A stretch of 28,920 nucleotides of DNA. It comes from a virus (taxonomy: Duplodnaviria; Caudoviricetes). The notes beneath the pieces are model-generated. The model saw only the letters and a program-made list of their open reading frames with translations, was not told the DNA's origin and did not search any database. Numbering within the stretch: the stretch's first letter is position 1; every line of letters starts with the position of its first letter. The position numbers and the translations under genes were made by a program. Shown here piece after piece: positions 17,623 to 25,609 of this stretch. The stretch covers positions 1 to 28,920 of the IMG/VR virus record IMGVR_UViG_3300030330_002493; one strand, given 5' to 3'.

Positions 17623-18261
17623 ATGGCATCCTCTTATTCCGTTCAACGTCCTTATCTGAAGAATCACAAGATTCACAACTTTCATAAGTCTGCACACGAT
17701 GAAAAAACTTTCATTGAAAGTGGTAAACACTTTCCTGTTATTCATCAACTGAGTAGTATTCTTGATGAAAAGTGGAATCTATCTATTGATTATGACACAC
17801 TGACAGAATACTATGGGGATGATGAAGATACGATTCTGAAAAACAAATCTGGTATTGATTGTTCATTCAACCTTGTTAATACAGAAACTAGGGAGATCAA
17901 AAAAGAAAACTTCACTATTGATTGGAAGATTCGTTTTTTTCATACCTCTGCTGTTTATGATGACTTTTTGGCAGAGATCATTAGTCAAGACTTTGGACAC
18001 TATTCCAGTAAGATTCCTGTTCCTGGTTGGGCAGTTTGCAATCATAAAGTGAATGATGCTATACTGTATATCATTCCTGGTATGAATAAAGCGGCACTTG
18101 TAATGCGTAAAGAACTCAAAGCAGGATTTGAAAAGCGTCGTTTTCCTGATAGAAATCGTAAGTATGCCAAGAATGGTCGTTATACTACTGTCAGTGTTCC
18201 TATCACTTGGGAACGTCTAACTAAAGTATGTCCAAGCACTATAATTTTCAACTATGAGTGA
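17623..18261 (+). CDS. Hypothetical protein, possible PD-(D/E)xK nuclease
   Basis: GID...TIDWKIR...DFLAE...GW pattern. Overlaps the MTase start by 8 nt. Confidence 0.5.
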   Translation: MASSYSVQRPYLKNHKIHNFHKSAHDEKTFIESGKHFPVIHQLSSILDEKWNLSIDYDTLTEYYGDDEDTILKNKSGIDCSFNLVNTETREIKKENFTIDWKIRFFHTSAVYDDFLAEIISQDFGHYSSKIPVPGWAVCNHKVNDAILYIIPGMNKAALVMRKELKAGFEKRRFPDRNRKYAKNGRYTTVSVPITWERLTKVCPSTIIFNYE

Positions 18262-18922
18262 TATTAAACTTCACAACGATGATTGTATGAATGTGCTCCC
18301 ATCACTTGCTGATGGGAGTATTTCTCTGACTCTTACAGATATTCCTTACGATGAGGTCAATCGTAAGAGTGCAGGGTTACGCAATCTGGATAAAAGTCAC
18401 GCGGATATTATTACTTTTCCACTTGACGACTTTATTGATGAAGTTGTTCGTGTTACTTCTGGTAGTATCTACATTTTCTGTGGATCTGTTCAAGTATCAC
18501 ACATTCGCAATCGTTTGATTGAACATAAACTTTCTGTTCGTCATTGTATCTGGGAGAAGACCAATCCTTCACCTATGAATGGTCAATACATTTGGTTATC
18601 CAGCATTGAAAACTGTGTGTTTGCGAAGAAGTCTGGTGCCACATTTAATGAGCATTGCAAGTCTGCTGTGTGGAGACATCCTATCGAACACTATAAGGAT
18701 CATCCAACACCCAAACCTGTCAAACTTATGTCCAGATTGATTGAAGCAAGTTCAAATGTTGGTGATACTGTATTTGATCCCTGTATGGGTAGTGGCGCAA
18801 TCGGTGTTGCTGCCAAACAGTGTGGACGCAATTTTATTGGTGTTGAAATGAATAAAGACTATTTTGATCTGACTCAAGAGAGGATCAACGGTATGACAGA
18901 AAGCATACTGTCCTTTATGTGA
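18254..18922 (+). CDS. DNA methyltransferase, N4-C/N6-A, beta class
   Basis: N-terminal TDIPY (motif IV), HPTPKP, C-terminal FDPCMGSG (motif I), and GRNFIGVE. Confidence 0.9.
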   Translation: MSDIKLHNDDCMNVLPSLADGSISLTLTDIPYDEVNRKSAGLRNLDKSHADIITFPLDDFIDEVVRVTSGSIYIFCGSVQVSHIRNRLIEHKLSVRHCIWEKTNPSPMNGQYIWLSSIENCVFAKKSGATFNEHCKSAVWRHPIEHYKDHPTPKPVKLMSRLIEASSNVGDTVFDPCMGSGAIGVAAKQCGRNFIGVEMNKDYFDLTQERINGMTESILSFM

Positions 18923-18923
18923 T

Positions 18924-18951
18924 TTGACAGGTGCCGTCAATGGTGTATAAT
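18924..18951 (+). promoter_or_regulatory. Sigma70-like promoter
   Basis: TTGACA-16 nt-TATAAT. Confidence 0.75.
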
Positions 18952-18974
18952 TAGATTGTTCAGGAATCAAACCA

Positions 18975-19115
18975 ATGCGCTGCAAAGTTCAACTCTACAA
19001 AGCTGGCACTGTTTGGGATGAAGTTGTGGTTGCTGTAGACTATGAAGATGCCAGGCAAGTAGCACTAGCACGCAACCCTGGTGCTACTATTGTTCACGTT
19101 ACCGCTGTATTTTGA
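18975..19115 (+). CDS. Small hypothetical protein (46 aa, not in the track)
   Basis: MRCKVQLYKAGTVWDEVVVAVDYEDARQVALARNPGATIVHVTAVF, located after the promoter and an AGGA. Confidence 0.7.
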   Translation: MRCKVQLYKAGTVWDEVVVAVDYEDARQVALARNPGATIVHVTAVF

Positions 19116-19378
19116 GTAAATTTCTAAAACCATTCGTACCTTATCCTTCACTACTTGATCCCAAACCCAAGAACCCATTGGGTTATGTTACGAAAGATGG
19201 TGTGTGGGCTGCTGTACCACTTGGTAATACAAAAAAGTTTGTTATAGTGCATGGGGGATCGCAAGTTGCTACCCTGAATACATACAAACAAGCAGTTGAC
19301 TTTATCAACAATCAACTCAAAACTAAGAAACGCAAACCAAGGAGTTCTGATGTCCGAAAAAAGCGAAAAACGTCGTGA
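19112..19378 (+). CDS. Hypothetical protein
   Basis: TTG start overlapping the upstream TGA; basic C-terminus. Confidence 0.55.
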   Translation: MSKFLKPFVPYPSLLDPKPKNPLGYVTKDGVWAAVPLGNTKKFVIVHGGSQVATLNTYKQAVDFINNQLKTKKRKPRSSDVRKKRKTS

Positions 19379-19529
19379 TGCTCTTGGTCTCTTTTACGAA
19401 AGTGTATTGAAACCAGACCATCAACTTCGTCAATGTGCTCATAACCAGAAATGCTACAATGAACTAATGGAGTGGCGTTCTGAAATTATTGAGTATCTTG
19501 ATCGTAGAAGGAATGAAGAGTTCGGATAA
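19350..19529 (+). CDS. Hypothetical protein (59 aa)
   Basis: AAGGAG SD before the ATG at 19350; PDHQLRQCAHNQKCY. Confidence 0.65.
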   Translation: MSEKSEKRRDALGLFYESVLKPDHQLRQCAHNQKCYNELMEWRSEIIEYLDRRRNEEFG

Positions 19530-19553
19530 ATATCAATAGGTTGTGTCAATCTT

Positions 19554-19868
19554 ATGCTTTCTACCGCCTACAGACTCCGCTTGGAGTCTATTTGTCAATG
19601 TATTGCTAACAAGCAAGATGTTCCCCTTGAAGATATGATATGGGCAGAGAAACTTGCTAAGTCTCATACAACTGCCCGTGAGTTTTTGAACAAGGCACGT
19701 CGTCAAGCTAACCAAGATATTCAAGAAGGTAGTATTGACGATTTTATGAATAGGATGGGGTTAGGTGACCCCGACCCATCCAATCATAAAACGGGGTTTG
19801 ATGGTGCTGATGAAATAGTTGACTGGTTTCAACGTGACAAACCTGATGATTGGCGACAAAGAGACTAA
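19554..19868 (+). CDS. Hypothetical protein
   Basis: GATAAATA at 19525-19532 upstream; ends FQRDKPDDWRQRD; coupled to the next gene via TAATG. Confidence 0.7.
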   Translation: MLSTAYRLRLESICQCIANKQDVPLEDMIWAEKLAKSHTTAREFLNKARRQANQDIQEGSIDDFMNRMGLGDPDPSNHKTGFDGADEIVDWFQRDKPDDWRQRD

Positions 19869-20161
19869 TGACTAAGTTTTTGATGTTTACAAAAAAATCT
19901 TGTGGACCCTGTGGTCTGGTCAAGAAATATATTACTGCTCTTGAAGATCAGCGTGAGAGTGTTATTCAAGAGATTTATCTTGATGACTTCAGTAATGAAC
20001 CTATTCCTGAAGAGAATCTTGAACTCGCTAAAAAGTATGGTGTGACTGCTACTCCAGTTCTTGTTATTGCTGATGGTGATGGAGAACTTTTAGAAACCTA
20101 TGTTGGTGGGATGCCTATCACTCAGAACATCCGTAAGTTGTGGACAAAGTATGATGTTTGA
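19868..20161 (+). CDS. Thioredoxin-like protein
   Basis: CGPC active site and KYGVTATP cis-Pro loop. Start taken at the overlapping ATG 19868. Confidence 0.8.
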   Translation: MTKFLMFTKKSCGPCGLVKKYITALEDQRESVIQEIYLDDFSNEPIPEENLELAKKYGVTATPVLVIADGDGELLETYVGGMPITQNIRKLWTKYDV

Positions 20162-20279
20162 AAAAATTACACCTGAAACTTACGAAAAAATGAATGAGGA
20201 GTTTGAGGAGGAAGGTCTTGCTTTCCGAATCATTGTGCCTACACAAGAACAAATTGATGAATGGAGAGAACGTGACTGA
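20154..20279 (+). CDS. Small acidic hypothetical protein (41 aa, not in the track)
   Basis: MFEKITPETYEKMNEEFEEEGLAFRIIVPTQEQIDEWRERD; fills the gap between neighbours. Confidence 0.55.
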   Translation: MFEKITPETYEKMNEEFEEEGLAFRIIVPTQEQIDEWRERD

Positions 20280-20436
20280 AGAATGGAGAAAGGTTACAAA
20301 CAAGCACATCGCTGATAATCTTGCTAAAAGTATTGCAGAACTGGTAGATGGTGAGGTTCATCATCATCTAATGGTTGACCACAAAGGTGTAACTCAGCGA
20401 AAGATTTCCATCATTTACACGGAGGACGAAAAGTAA
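20272..20436 (+). CDS. Hypothetical protein
   Basis: 3' part of track ORF 20194..20436, with a GTG start after GGAG. Start uncertain. Confidence 0.5.
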   Translation: MTEEWRKVTNKHIADNLAKSIAELVDGEVHHHLMVDHKGVTQRKISIIYTEDEK

Positions 20437-20669
20437 TGGAAGCAGTTATCTATTCAAATGGTAACCAGGAGTGTGAACGTGCCAAAACACTTCTGGAGAA
20501 ACTTAACTTTCAAATTCATGTATATAAATTAAATCAACACTTCTCAGCAAGAGGTTTTGTTGAGGAGTTTGGTGAAGAAGCAGAATACCCACAAGTTAAT
20601 GTTGGTTTCAGACATATTGGTGGGTTGAAAGATACATTAAACTACTTCAAAGAGCAAAACCTACTATGA
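20436..20669 (+). CDS. Glutaredoxin-like protein (degenerate active site)
   Basis: VIYS..NQEC.RAK..L...YPQV...HIGG Grx fold pattern with only one Cys. Confidence 0.7.
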   Translation: MEAVIYSNGNQECERAKTLLEKLNFQIHVYKLNQHFSARGFVEEFGEEAEYPQVNVGFRHIGGLKDTLNYFKEQNLL

Positions 20670-20875
20670 ACCCTGTCATCCTCATTGCTTGTTTCACACC
20701 ATTAGCAGCGATTTGGATTGTAATGAAGGTAGCAGTGTGGTTCTCCGCAGTTAATGACGAGCGAAACTATGTCAGAGCAGAATCCAGAAAACCACACGGA
20801 CCATATGTGGCAGATCCATATGCAGACGTTGATGAAGAGGAAGAAGAATATGGAGATCGCACAGACTATAGATGA
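20666..20875 (+). CDS. Small membrane-anchored hypothetical protein
   Basis: Hydrophobic N-terminus, acidic tail, ATGA overlap with the previous gene. Confidence 0.6.
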   Translation: MNPVILIACFTPLAAIWIVMKVAVWFSAVNDERNYVRAESRKPHGPYVADPYADVDEEEEEYGDRTDYR

Positions 20876-20999
20876 AGCACTCTATCAGTATTATACTGTA
20901 GAGAATGACCTACCAGTTCCAAACTGGAGACAGATAAAAGATCCTGAATGGTGGATTCAATACCTTGAAGACATGGGACTTGACCCACGGAATAGATAG
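20850..20999 (+). CDS. Hypothetical protein (49 aa)
   Basis: MEIAQTIDEALYQYY..., the 3' part of track ORF 20754..20999. Confidence 0.5.
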   Translation: MEIAQTIDEALYQYYTVENDLPVPNWRQIKDPEWWIQYLEDMGLDPRNR

Positions 21000-21008
21000 T
21001 GATATAAT
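20980..21008 (+). promoter_or_regulatory. Sigma70-like promoter
   Basis: TTGACC-17 nt-TATAAT. Confidence 0.65.
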
Positions 21009-21031
21009 GCGAGCAAGAAAATCCCATTATC

Positions 21032-21229
21032 ATGGACTACAAACCTTATTCACCAGAGTGGCATCGTAAAAGATACCTAAAGGAAGCACTGGATAAGTAT
21101 TTTGATGACTATGTTGAGAATGAAGTCATTCATGCTGATCTGATGGACATTCTATCAACCAGGATGACTCTTGCTGTCAATGAAGTCAATAAAGTGATGG
21201 ACCTTAAAGATAAACTCAAAAATGCTTGA
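21032..21229 (+). CDS. Hypothetical protein
   Basis: 65-aa ORF directly after the promoter. Confidence 0.65.
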   Translation: MDYKPYSPEWHRKRYLKEALDKYFDDYVENEVIHADLMDILSTRMTLAVNEVNKVMDLKDKLKNA

Positions 21230-21359
21230 TAATAAAGCATCTTGGGGAGGAACACTATTATTTGTGTTGACAATAACTTGCACGTTGGGTATAATACTTG
21301 CTGGTTATATTCATGGTCATATGAGTATAACTAACGTATGGAAATCATTACATCCTTAA
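21222..21359 (+). CDS. Small membrane protein (45 aa, not in the track)
   Basis: MLDNKASWGGTLLFVLTITCTLGIILAGYIHGHMSITNVWKSLHP; exactly fills the gap up to the ATG at 21360. Confidence 0.5.
   Translation: MLDNKASWGGTLLFVLTITCTLGIILAGYIHGHMSITNVWKSLHP
21267..21295 (+). promoter_or_regulatory. Consensus sigma70 promoter
   Basis: TTGACA-17 nt-TATAAT, a perfect consensus. Confidence 0.75.
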
Positions 21360-22385
21360 ATGAAACGAGCTCTTATTACTGGTGGTGCAGGTTTTATTGC
21401 ACACCACTTGATTGGACAAATTCTAAAGACTACTGACTGGGAAGTTATTACTCTTGACCGTCTGGATTATAGTGGCAATCTGAACCGTCTACATGACTTG
21501 ATGATGTCATTTGATGTAGAAACTCGCAAACGAGTTCGTGTTGTTCATCATGACCTAAAAGCAGAACTTAACCCACTGGTTCGTAGTGAAATCGGTGAGG
21601 TTGACTACATTTTGCATCTTGCTGCTGGTTCACACGTTGACCGCAGTATTGAGTATCCGATGGAGTTTGTGCTGGACAATGTTGTCGGCACTGCTAACAT
21701 TCTGGACTTTGCACGTTTGCAGAAAGATAACCTTGAACGGTTCATCTATTTCAGCACTGATGAAGTCTTCGGTCCTGCTCCTGATGGAATTAAATACAAG
21801 GAGAATGATCGATATAATTCTACCAACCCTTACAGTGCAACTAAGGCTGGTGGTGAAGAACTTGCCGTAGCGTATGAGAATACTTACGGTCTTCCAATTT
21901 ATATCACTCATACGATGAATGTGTTCGGTGAGCGTCAGCATCCCGAAAAGTACATTCCTATGTGTATTAAACGTATTCGTGATGGTGAAACAGTCACCAT
22001 TCATAGTGACTCTACCAAGACTATTCCTGGTGCTCGTCATTACATTCATGCTGAAGATGTATCGTCCGCTATTCTTTTCCTGCTGAACTATGAGGGTAAG
22101 TTTGAACCTACTTGGGGTAACGCTAAGTGCCCTAAGTTCAATATTGTTGGAGCAGAAGAGCTCAACAACCTAGAACTTGCACAGATTATTGCAGATGCGG
22201 AAGGAAAAGAACTCAAATATGAAATGGTAGACTTCCATTCTTCACGCCCTGGACATGATTTGCGTTATGCTCTGTGTGGTGATAAAATGAAAGAACTTGG
22301 TTGGACTCCAGCTAAGTCTGTCCGTGAACGTATCGCTGATGTGACACAATGGACACTAGAAAACGAGCGTTGGATTACACTATGA
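21360..22385 (+). CDS. rfbB: dTDP-glucose 4,6-dehydratase-like NAD-dependent epimerase/dehydratase
   Basis: TGGAGFIA, DRLDYSG, HLAAGSHVDRSI, STDEVFG, PYSATKA and RPGHDLRYAL motifs. Confidence 0.85.
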   Translation: MKRALITGGAGFIAHHLIGQILKTTDWEVITLDRLDYSGNLNRLHDLMMSFDVETRKRVRVVHHDLKAELNPLVRSEIGEVDYILHLAAGSHVDRSIEYPMEFVLDNVVGTANILDFARLQKDNLERFIYFSTDEVFGPAPDGIKYKENDRYNSTNPYSATKAGGEELAVAYENTYGLPIYITHTMNVFGERQHPEKYIPMCIKRIRDGETVTIHSDSTKTIPGARHYIHAEDVSSAILFLLNYEGKFEPTWGNAKCPKFNIVGAEELNNLELAQIIADAEGKELKYEMVDFHSSRPGHDLRYALCGDKMKELGWTPAKSVRERIADVTQWTLENERWITL

Positions 22386-22621
22386 ACTCTAAACCATTAA
22401 CACCTGAAGAAGTTACAGAGGCAGCGGAAAAGTTCTTTCCACTGTTTGAAGTAGTTCATTCTAAAATGCCTCAAGACTCTAAGATTGAAGACAGTCTTAA
22501 AGTCATGGAAACTGTCTGTAGTTTGGCACACAAACTGCGGGCAGAAAAAGAAGAACAAACAGCACCCTTTGGTTTTAACAAAAAGAACGATGACGGAACA
22601 ACAGACACCGATCCATCCTGA
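22382..22621 (+). CDS. Hypothetical protein
   Basis: ATGA overlap with rfbB; ends with a PFGF motif. Confidence 0.6.
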   Translation: MNSKPLTPEEVTEAAEKFFPLFEVVHSKMPQDSKIEDSLKVMETVCSLAHKLRAEKEEQTAPFGFNKKNDDGTTDTDPS

Positions 22622-22847
22622 ACTTATTCCTGATGGATCAGAACTTATTGATGATACTTTCTATGTGTGGAAGACCCGCTTTGGTCTTCACTCTACAATG
22701 ACAAAGTATGGTCGTAAGATGTTGACTGGACTTCACAAAAAAGATGTCGTTGAAATGACCCGATGGCATCTCAAATGTGAACAAGATGGCACACTAGATG
22801 ACTACAGTCGTGTCATCAATAGTGGTATCGTTGGTGGTAAGTTGTGA
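22590..22847 (+). CDS. Hypothetical protein
   Basis: MTEQQT...VGGKL, in the frame of track ORF 22485..22847. Confidence 0.6.
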   Translation: MTEQQTPIHPELIPDGSELIDDTFYVWKTRFGLHSTMTKYGRKMLTGLHKKDVVEMTRWHLKCEQDGTLDDYSRVINSGIVGGKL

Positions 22848-23113
22848 TCCGTAGTTTTCACATTTGGTTGTGGGGTGTAGTATGTGAACTAGAGGATATT
22901 TTGTATCCCTGGAAAACATCAACGCCCCCATCCTGGGCAATAGAAAGACACAACCTACCTGATCATCATGAAGATGAGTTGGATGAAATCATCTATAAAG
23001 AATGGATAAGAGCACACGATGAAAAGATAGGTCGTTTGCAAAGTGAAATGATTACTGTTCAACGTGAAATACATAAACTTAAGAGTGAATTAGAACAATG
23101 TATGAAGAACTGA
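22844..23113 (+). CDS. Hypothetical protein with a C-terminal coiled coil
   Basis: GTGA overlap with the previous gene; heptad-like C-terminus. Confidence 0.55.
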   Translation: MIRSFHIWLWGVVCELEDILYPWKTSTPPSWAIERHNLPDHHEDELDEIIYKEWIRAHDEKIGRLQSEMITVQREIHKLKSELEQCMKN

Positions 23114-23277
23114 ACTGTTTTGAGGAAGCATTGAAACACTTTGGCACTCGCGTTGAAGTTATCTGTGCTATGGAATTGTCTCAACGTATCTCTGCTGAAG
23201 ATGCTTATCAAATGATTAAAGATGAGATGAAAGAAGTAAAGAAATGTCGTAAGGAGTTCAAAAAAGATGGCTGCTGA
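23098..23277 (+). CDS. Hypothetical protein (59 aa, not in the track)
   Basis: MYEELNCFEEALKHFGTRVEVICAMELSQRISAEDAYQMIKDEMKEVKKCRKEFKKDGC; fills the gap between neighbours. Confidence 0.6.
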   Translation: MYEELNCFEEALKHFGTRVEVICAMELSQRISAEDAYQMIKDEMKEVKKCRKEFKKDGC

Positions 23278-23458
23278 CTCTCTCAAAGTAGAACAGAATG
23301 AAGATGGTACATTTACTCTAGAGTGGGACAAAGATGATCCTAACTGGTCATGGATGAATAATTGTACCAGCAAAGAGATAGAAACCATGGTACAAGAAGC
23401 AGTACGTCATGGACTTGATAGTGGTATTCCAGACTATACAGAACTACCTGACCGTTAA
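23267..23458 (+). CDS. Hypothetical protein
   Basis: NEDGTFTLEWDKDDPNWSW motif; part of the overlapping gene chain. Confidence 0.6.
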   Translation: MAADSLKVEQNEDGTFTLEWDKDDPNWSWMNNCTSKEIETMVQEAVRHGLDSGIPDYTELPDR

Positions 23459-23545
23459 GATATAATACGCAATAAAAAAGAAAACATTAAGTCAATAACT
23501 AATTTTGTGCGGAAACGCTAAAATACCACAAAACAGGTAATTCCT

Positions 23546-23731
23546 ATGACACTTCCATCTGACGGCAGAAAACTTGACGAAAATGAAGTTTCTAGTATTG
23601 AAAATGCTGTAAAAGAGGCAGGTATTCAACAAATTCATCCCGATAAGATGGAAGCGTTTGCTGATGAGTTGGTTTCAAGACTTAAGGGTGCTGGTAAGCA
23701 TTGGAGAACTTGCAATCCTATGGACGACTGA
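23546..23731 (+). CDS. Hypothetical protein
   Basis: 61-aa ORF after an AT-rich spacer, with AGGT upstream. Confidence 0.55.
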   Translation: MTLPSDGRKLDENEVSSIENAVKEAGIQQIHPDKMEAFADELVSRLKGAGKHWRTCNPMDD

Positions 23732-23767
23732 TAAAATAAATAAGTTCATCATACTACAAACAACCCA

Positions 23768-23995
23768 ATGGAAAGTGTAGAGAAACATATTGAGGTTGAT
23801 AAGAAGATTTTAGAAGATCCTACTACCAACCCACAACAACGTCGCCACGTTGAAGAAGAACTCCGTGAACTTGAAGTTTACGTTGAAAACCACAAGGAAG
23901 AAATACAAGCAGGAGATCATCATGATCCTTCAGCACTTGAACTTTATTGTGAAGTTGAACCTGGCGCACCAGAGTGTAAAATGCACGATAACTGA
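23768..23995 (+). CDS. cp12: CP12 Calvin-cycle inhibitor (auxiliary metabolic gene)
   Basis: RRHVEEELRELE...HHDPSALELYCEVEPGAPECKMHD, with the C-terminal C-x8-C of CP12. AATAAATA lies at 23735-23742. Confidence 0.85.
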   Translation: MESVEKHIEVDKKILEDPTTNPQQRRHVEEELRELEVYVENHKEEIQAGDHHDPSALELYCEVEPGAPECKMHDN

Positions 23996-24023
23996 GGCTA
24001 TATAAACTGCCTTTAGGTAGTTT

Positions 24024-24179
24024 ATGACCCCATCCAAATACGATCACATTCTTATCCACCGAAATCCTTACAGACAATACTCTAAACCACTCACAATAGA
24101 ATACAAAGATCCTAAACACATTCAACTTAGAATCTACTATAAGTGTGAGAGCACTTACTACCAAAACAAGACCAGTTAA
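24024..24179 (+). CDS. Small hypothetical protein (51 aa, not in the track)
   Basis: MTPSKYDHILIHRNPYRQ...QNKTS; AGGT upstream; its stop codon lies inside the regulatory palindrome. Confidence 0.45.
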   Translation: MTPSKYDHILIHRNPYRQYSKPLTIEYKDPKHIQLRIYYKCESTYYQNKTS

Positions 24180-24226
24180 TGAACTGGCACAGGAGGGCTT
24201 CCATGCCCTCCTTTTTCGTGTATATT
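24172..24226 (+). promoter_or_regulatory. Early-type regulatory element, copy 2
   Basis: CCAGTT-AATG-AACTGG palindrome, AGGAGGGC/GCCCTCCT hairpin followed by a T-run, and TATATT at 24221. Confidence 0.7.
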
Positions 24227-24252
24227 AAGAGAGTCAAAGGAACACAACTCAC

Positions 24253-24672
24253 ATGGGCACTCGCTCTCGCATCGGCATTGAACTCAGTGACTCTTCTATT
24301 CTTTCTGTCTATTGCCATTATGATGGTTATCCTTCTTTCAATGGCAAAGTTCTCCGTGAATTCTACGATACGAAGGAGAAAGTGACTCAACTGATCAACG
24401 GTGGTGATATGTCCTGCACTTGGACAAATGCAGGTTGGAACAATGAAACTCTTCCCGAATCTGGTCCCCTTCACTATACTTCCCGTGGTGAATCTATCGA
24501 CATGAACGCACCTCGCCTGGATAAAGATATGGAGGAGTTCTTCACTGATAATGAAGAATACTCTTATGTCTTCACTAGTGCAGGTTGGGTTTGCTATAAC
24601 ATGCACCAATTTGAAGACGAAGTAGCACCTGAACCCGTAGAAATCCCTGCTGGTTCTATTAACGATAAGTGA
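24253..24672 (+). CDS. Conserved-type phage hypothetical protein
   Basis: MGTRSRIG...SVYCHYDGYP...EEYSYVF; located after element copy 2 and an AAGGA. Confidence 0.75.
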   Translation: MGTRSRIGIELSDSSILSVYCHYDGYPSFNGKVLREFYDTKEKVTQLINGGDMSCTWTNAGWNNETLPESGPLHYTSRGESIDMNAPRLDKDMEEFFTDNEEYSYVFTSAGWVCYNMHQFEDEVAPEPVEIPAGSINDK

Positions 24673-24905
24673 AAATCATGCTTGAATTTGACGACATGGA
24701 ACTGATGCAACTTCAGTTCTGTATGCAACAAACAAAAGGACAGATGTCAATGGGCGGTGAGATTCGCCGCCATGCATCTATTAGTAAAAAAATTGAAGAG
24801 GAAATGCAACGACGTAAAGAAACAAAGGGTTCTTATACTCCAGAAAATGTTAGATTGCAACTGGAAGAAGAACTGCGGGAACTGCTTAAACGCAGGGACA
24901 GTTGA
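24669..24905 (+). CDS. Hypothetical protein
   Basis: GTG start (alternative ATG at 24678); helical, charged sequence. Confidence 0.55.
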   Translation: MKIMLEFDDMELMQLQFCMQQTKGQMSMGGEIRRHASISKKIEEEMQRRKETKGSYTPENVRLQLEEELRELLKRRDS

Positions 24906-24959
24906 ATAACTGTCACAGGGGGCGCTGAAATGCCCCTGTATGCCCCTATAATACGTTCA
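24897..24959 (+). promoter_or_regulatory. Early-type regulatory element, copy 3 (left direct repeat)
   Basis: GACAGTT-GAAT-AACTGTC perfect palindrome, ACAGGGG/CCCCTGT hairpin, and TATAAT at 24947. Confidence 0.75.
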
Positions 24960-24973
24960 CACGACACTTTACT

Positions 24974-25609
24974 ATGGAAGTTCAAGCACACGGCAACAAA
25001 TACGAAGATCGTGTCATTCGTGAATTAACAGGACTATCCAAAAAAGAGTATGATAAACGAAAAAAGAATGGTTATACTTCTCCAATGGATTTGGTAAAGG
25101 GTTTAATAGTTGATTTTAATGGTAGCATCAAGACCGCTGCTGACGGAAATGATATATGCTTTTCCGATGCCCGTAGGATGACGAAGCATACAGAATTTAG
25201 AAGTTATATTGGCATTTACACTCAGATTGATGCAAAACATAAACACTTCCACACAGAGTATATTTTTTATTTTACTCCAGACAACATCTGCAAGTTGTGG
25301 AAAAACAATGATGTGAAGGTAGTGCATGAATATGCTGAAAAGATTTCATCTATTGATTGGAAAGATAATGCCATGGTATTGGAGTATCGTGAAAAGCATA
25401 AAGAATCCTGGTTGCAGGAATTAAACTGGGATGATAGTGCATTGATACGTCTTCGTCCTAAAGTGAATCATGGGGGTGGTAAGAGTGGTCAATCTCGACT
25501 TCAGTGTGCTATGAGACTTGACAGTTTGCTTGAATCTGGTATAAACTATGAGAAACGTAGTATTGACTATACTGTAGTTTCTGGTCGTAGGAAGTTTAAG
25601 AAGAAATGA
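24974..25609 (+). CDS. Hypothetical protein, possible restriction-endonuclease-like nuclease
   Basis: QAHG..YE...PMD...SIKT, a variant of PD-(D/E)xK spacing; basic; ATGA-coupled to the MTase. Confidence 0.5.
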   Translation: MEVQAHGNKYEDRVIRELTGLSKKEYDKRKKNGYTSPMDLVKGLIVDFNGSIKTAADGNDICFSDARRMTKHTEFRSYIGIYTQIDAKHKHFHTEYIFYFTPDNICKLWKNNDVKVVHEYAEKISSIDWKDNAMVLEYREKHKESWLQELNWDDSALIRLRPKVNHGGGKSGQSRLQCAMRLDSLLESGINYEKRSIDYTVVSGRRKFKKK

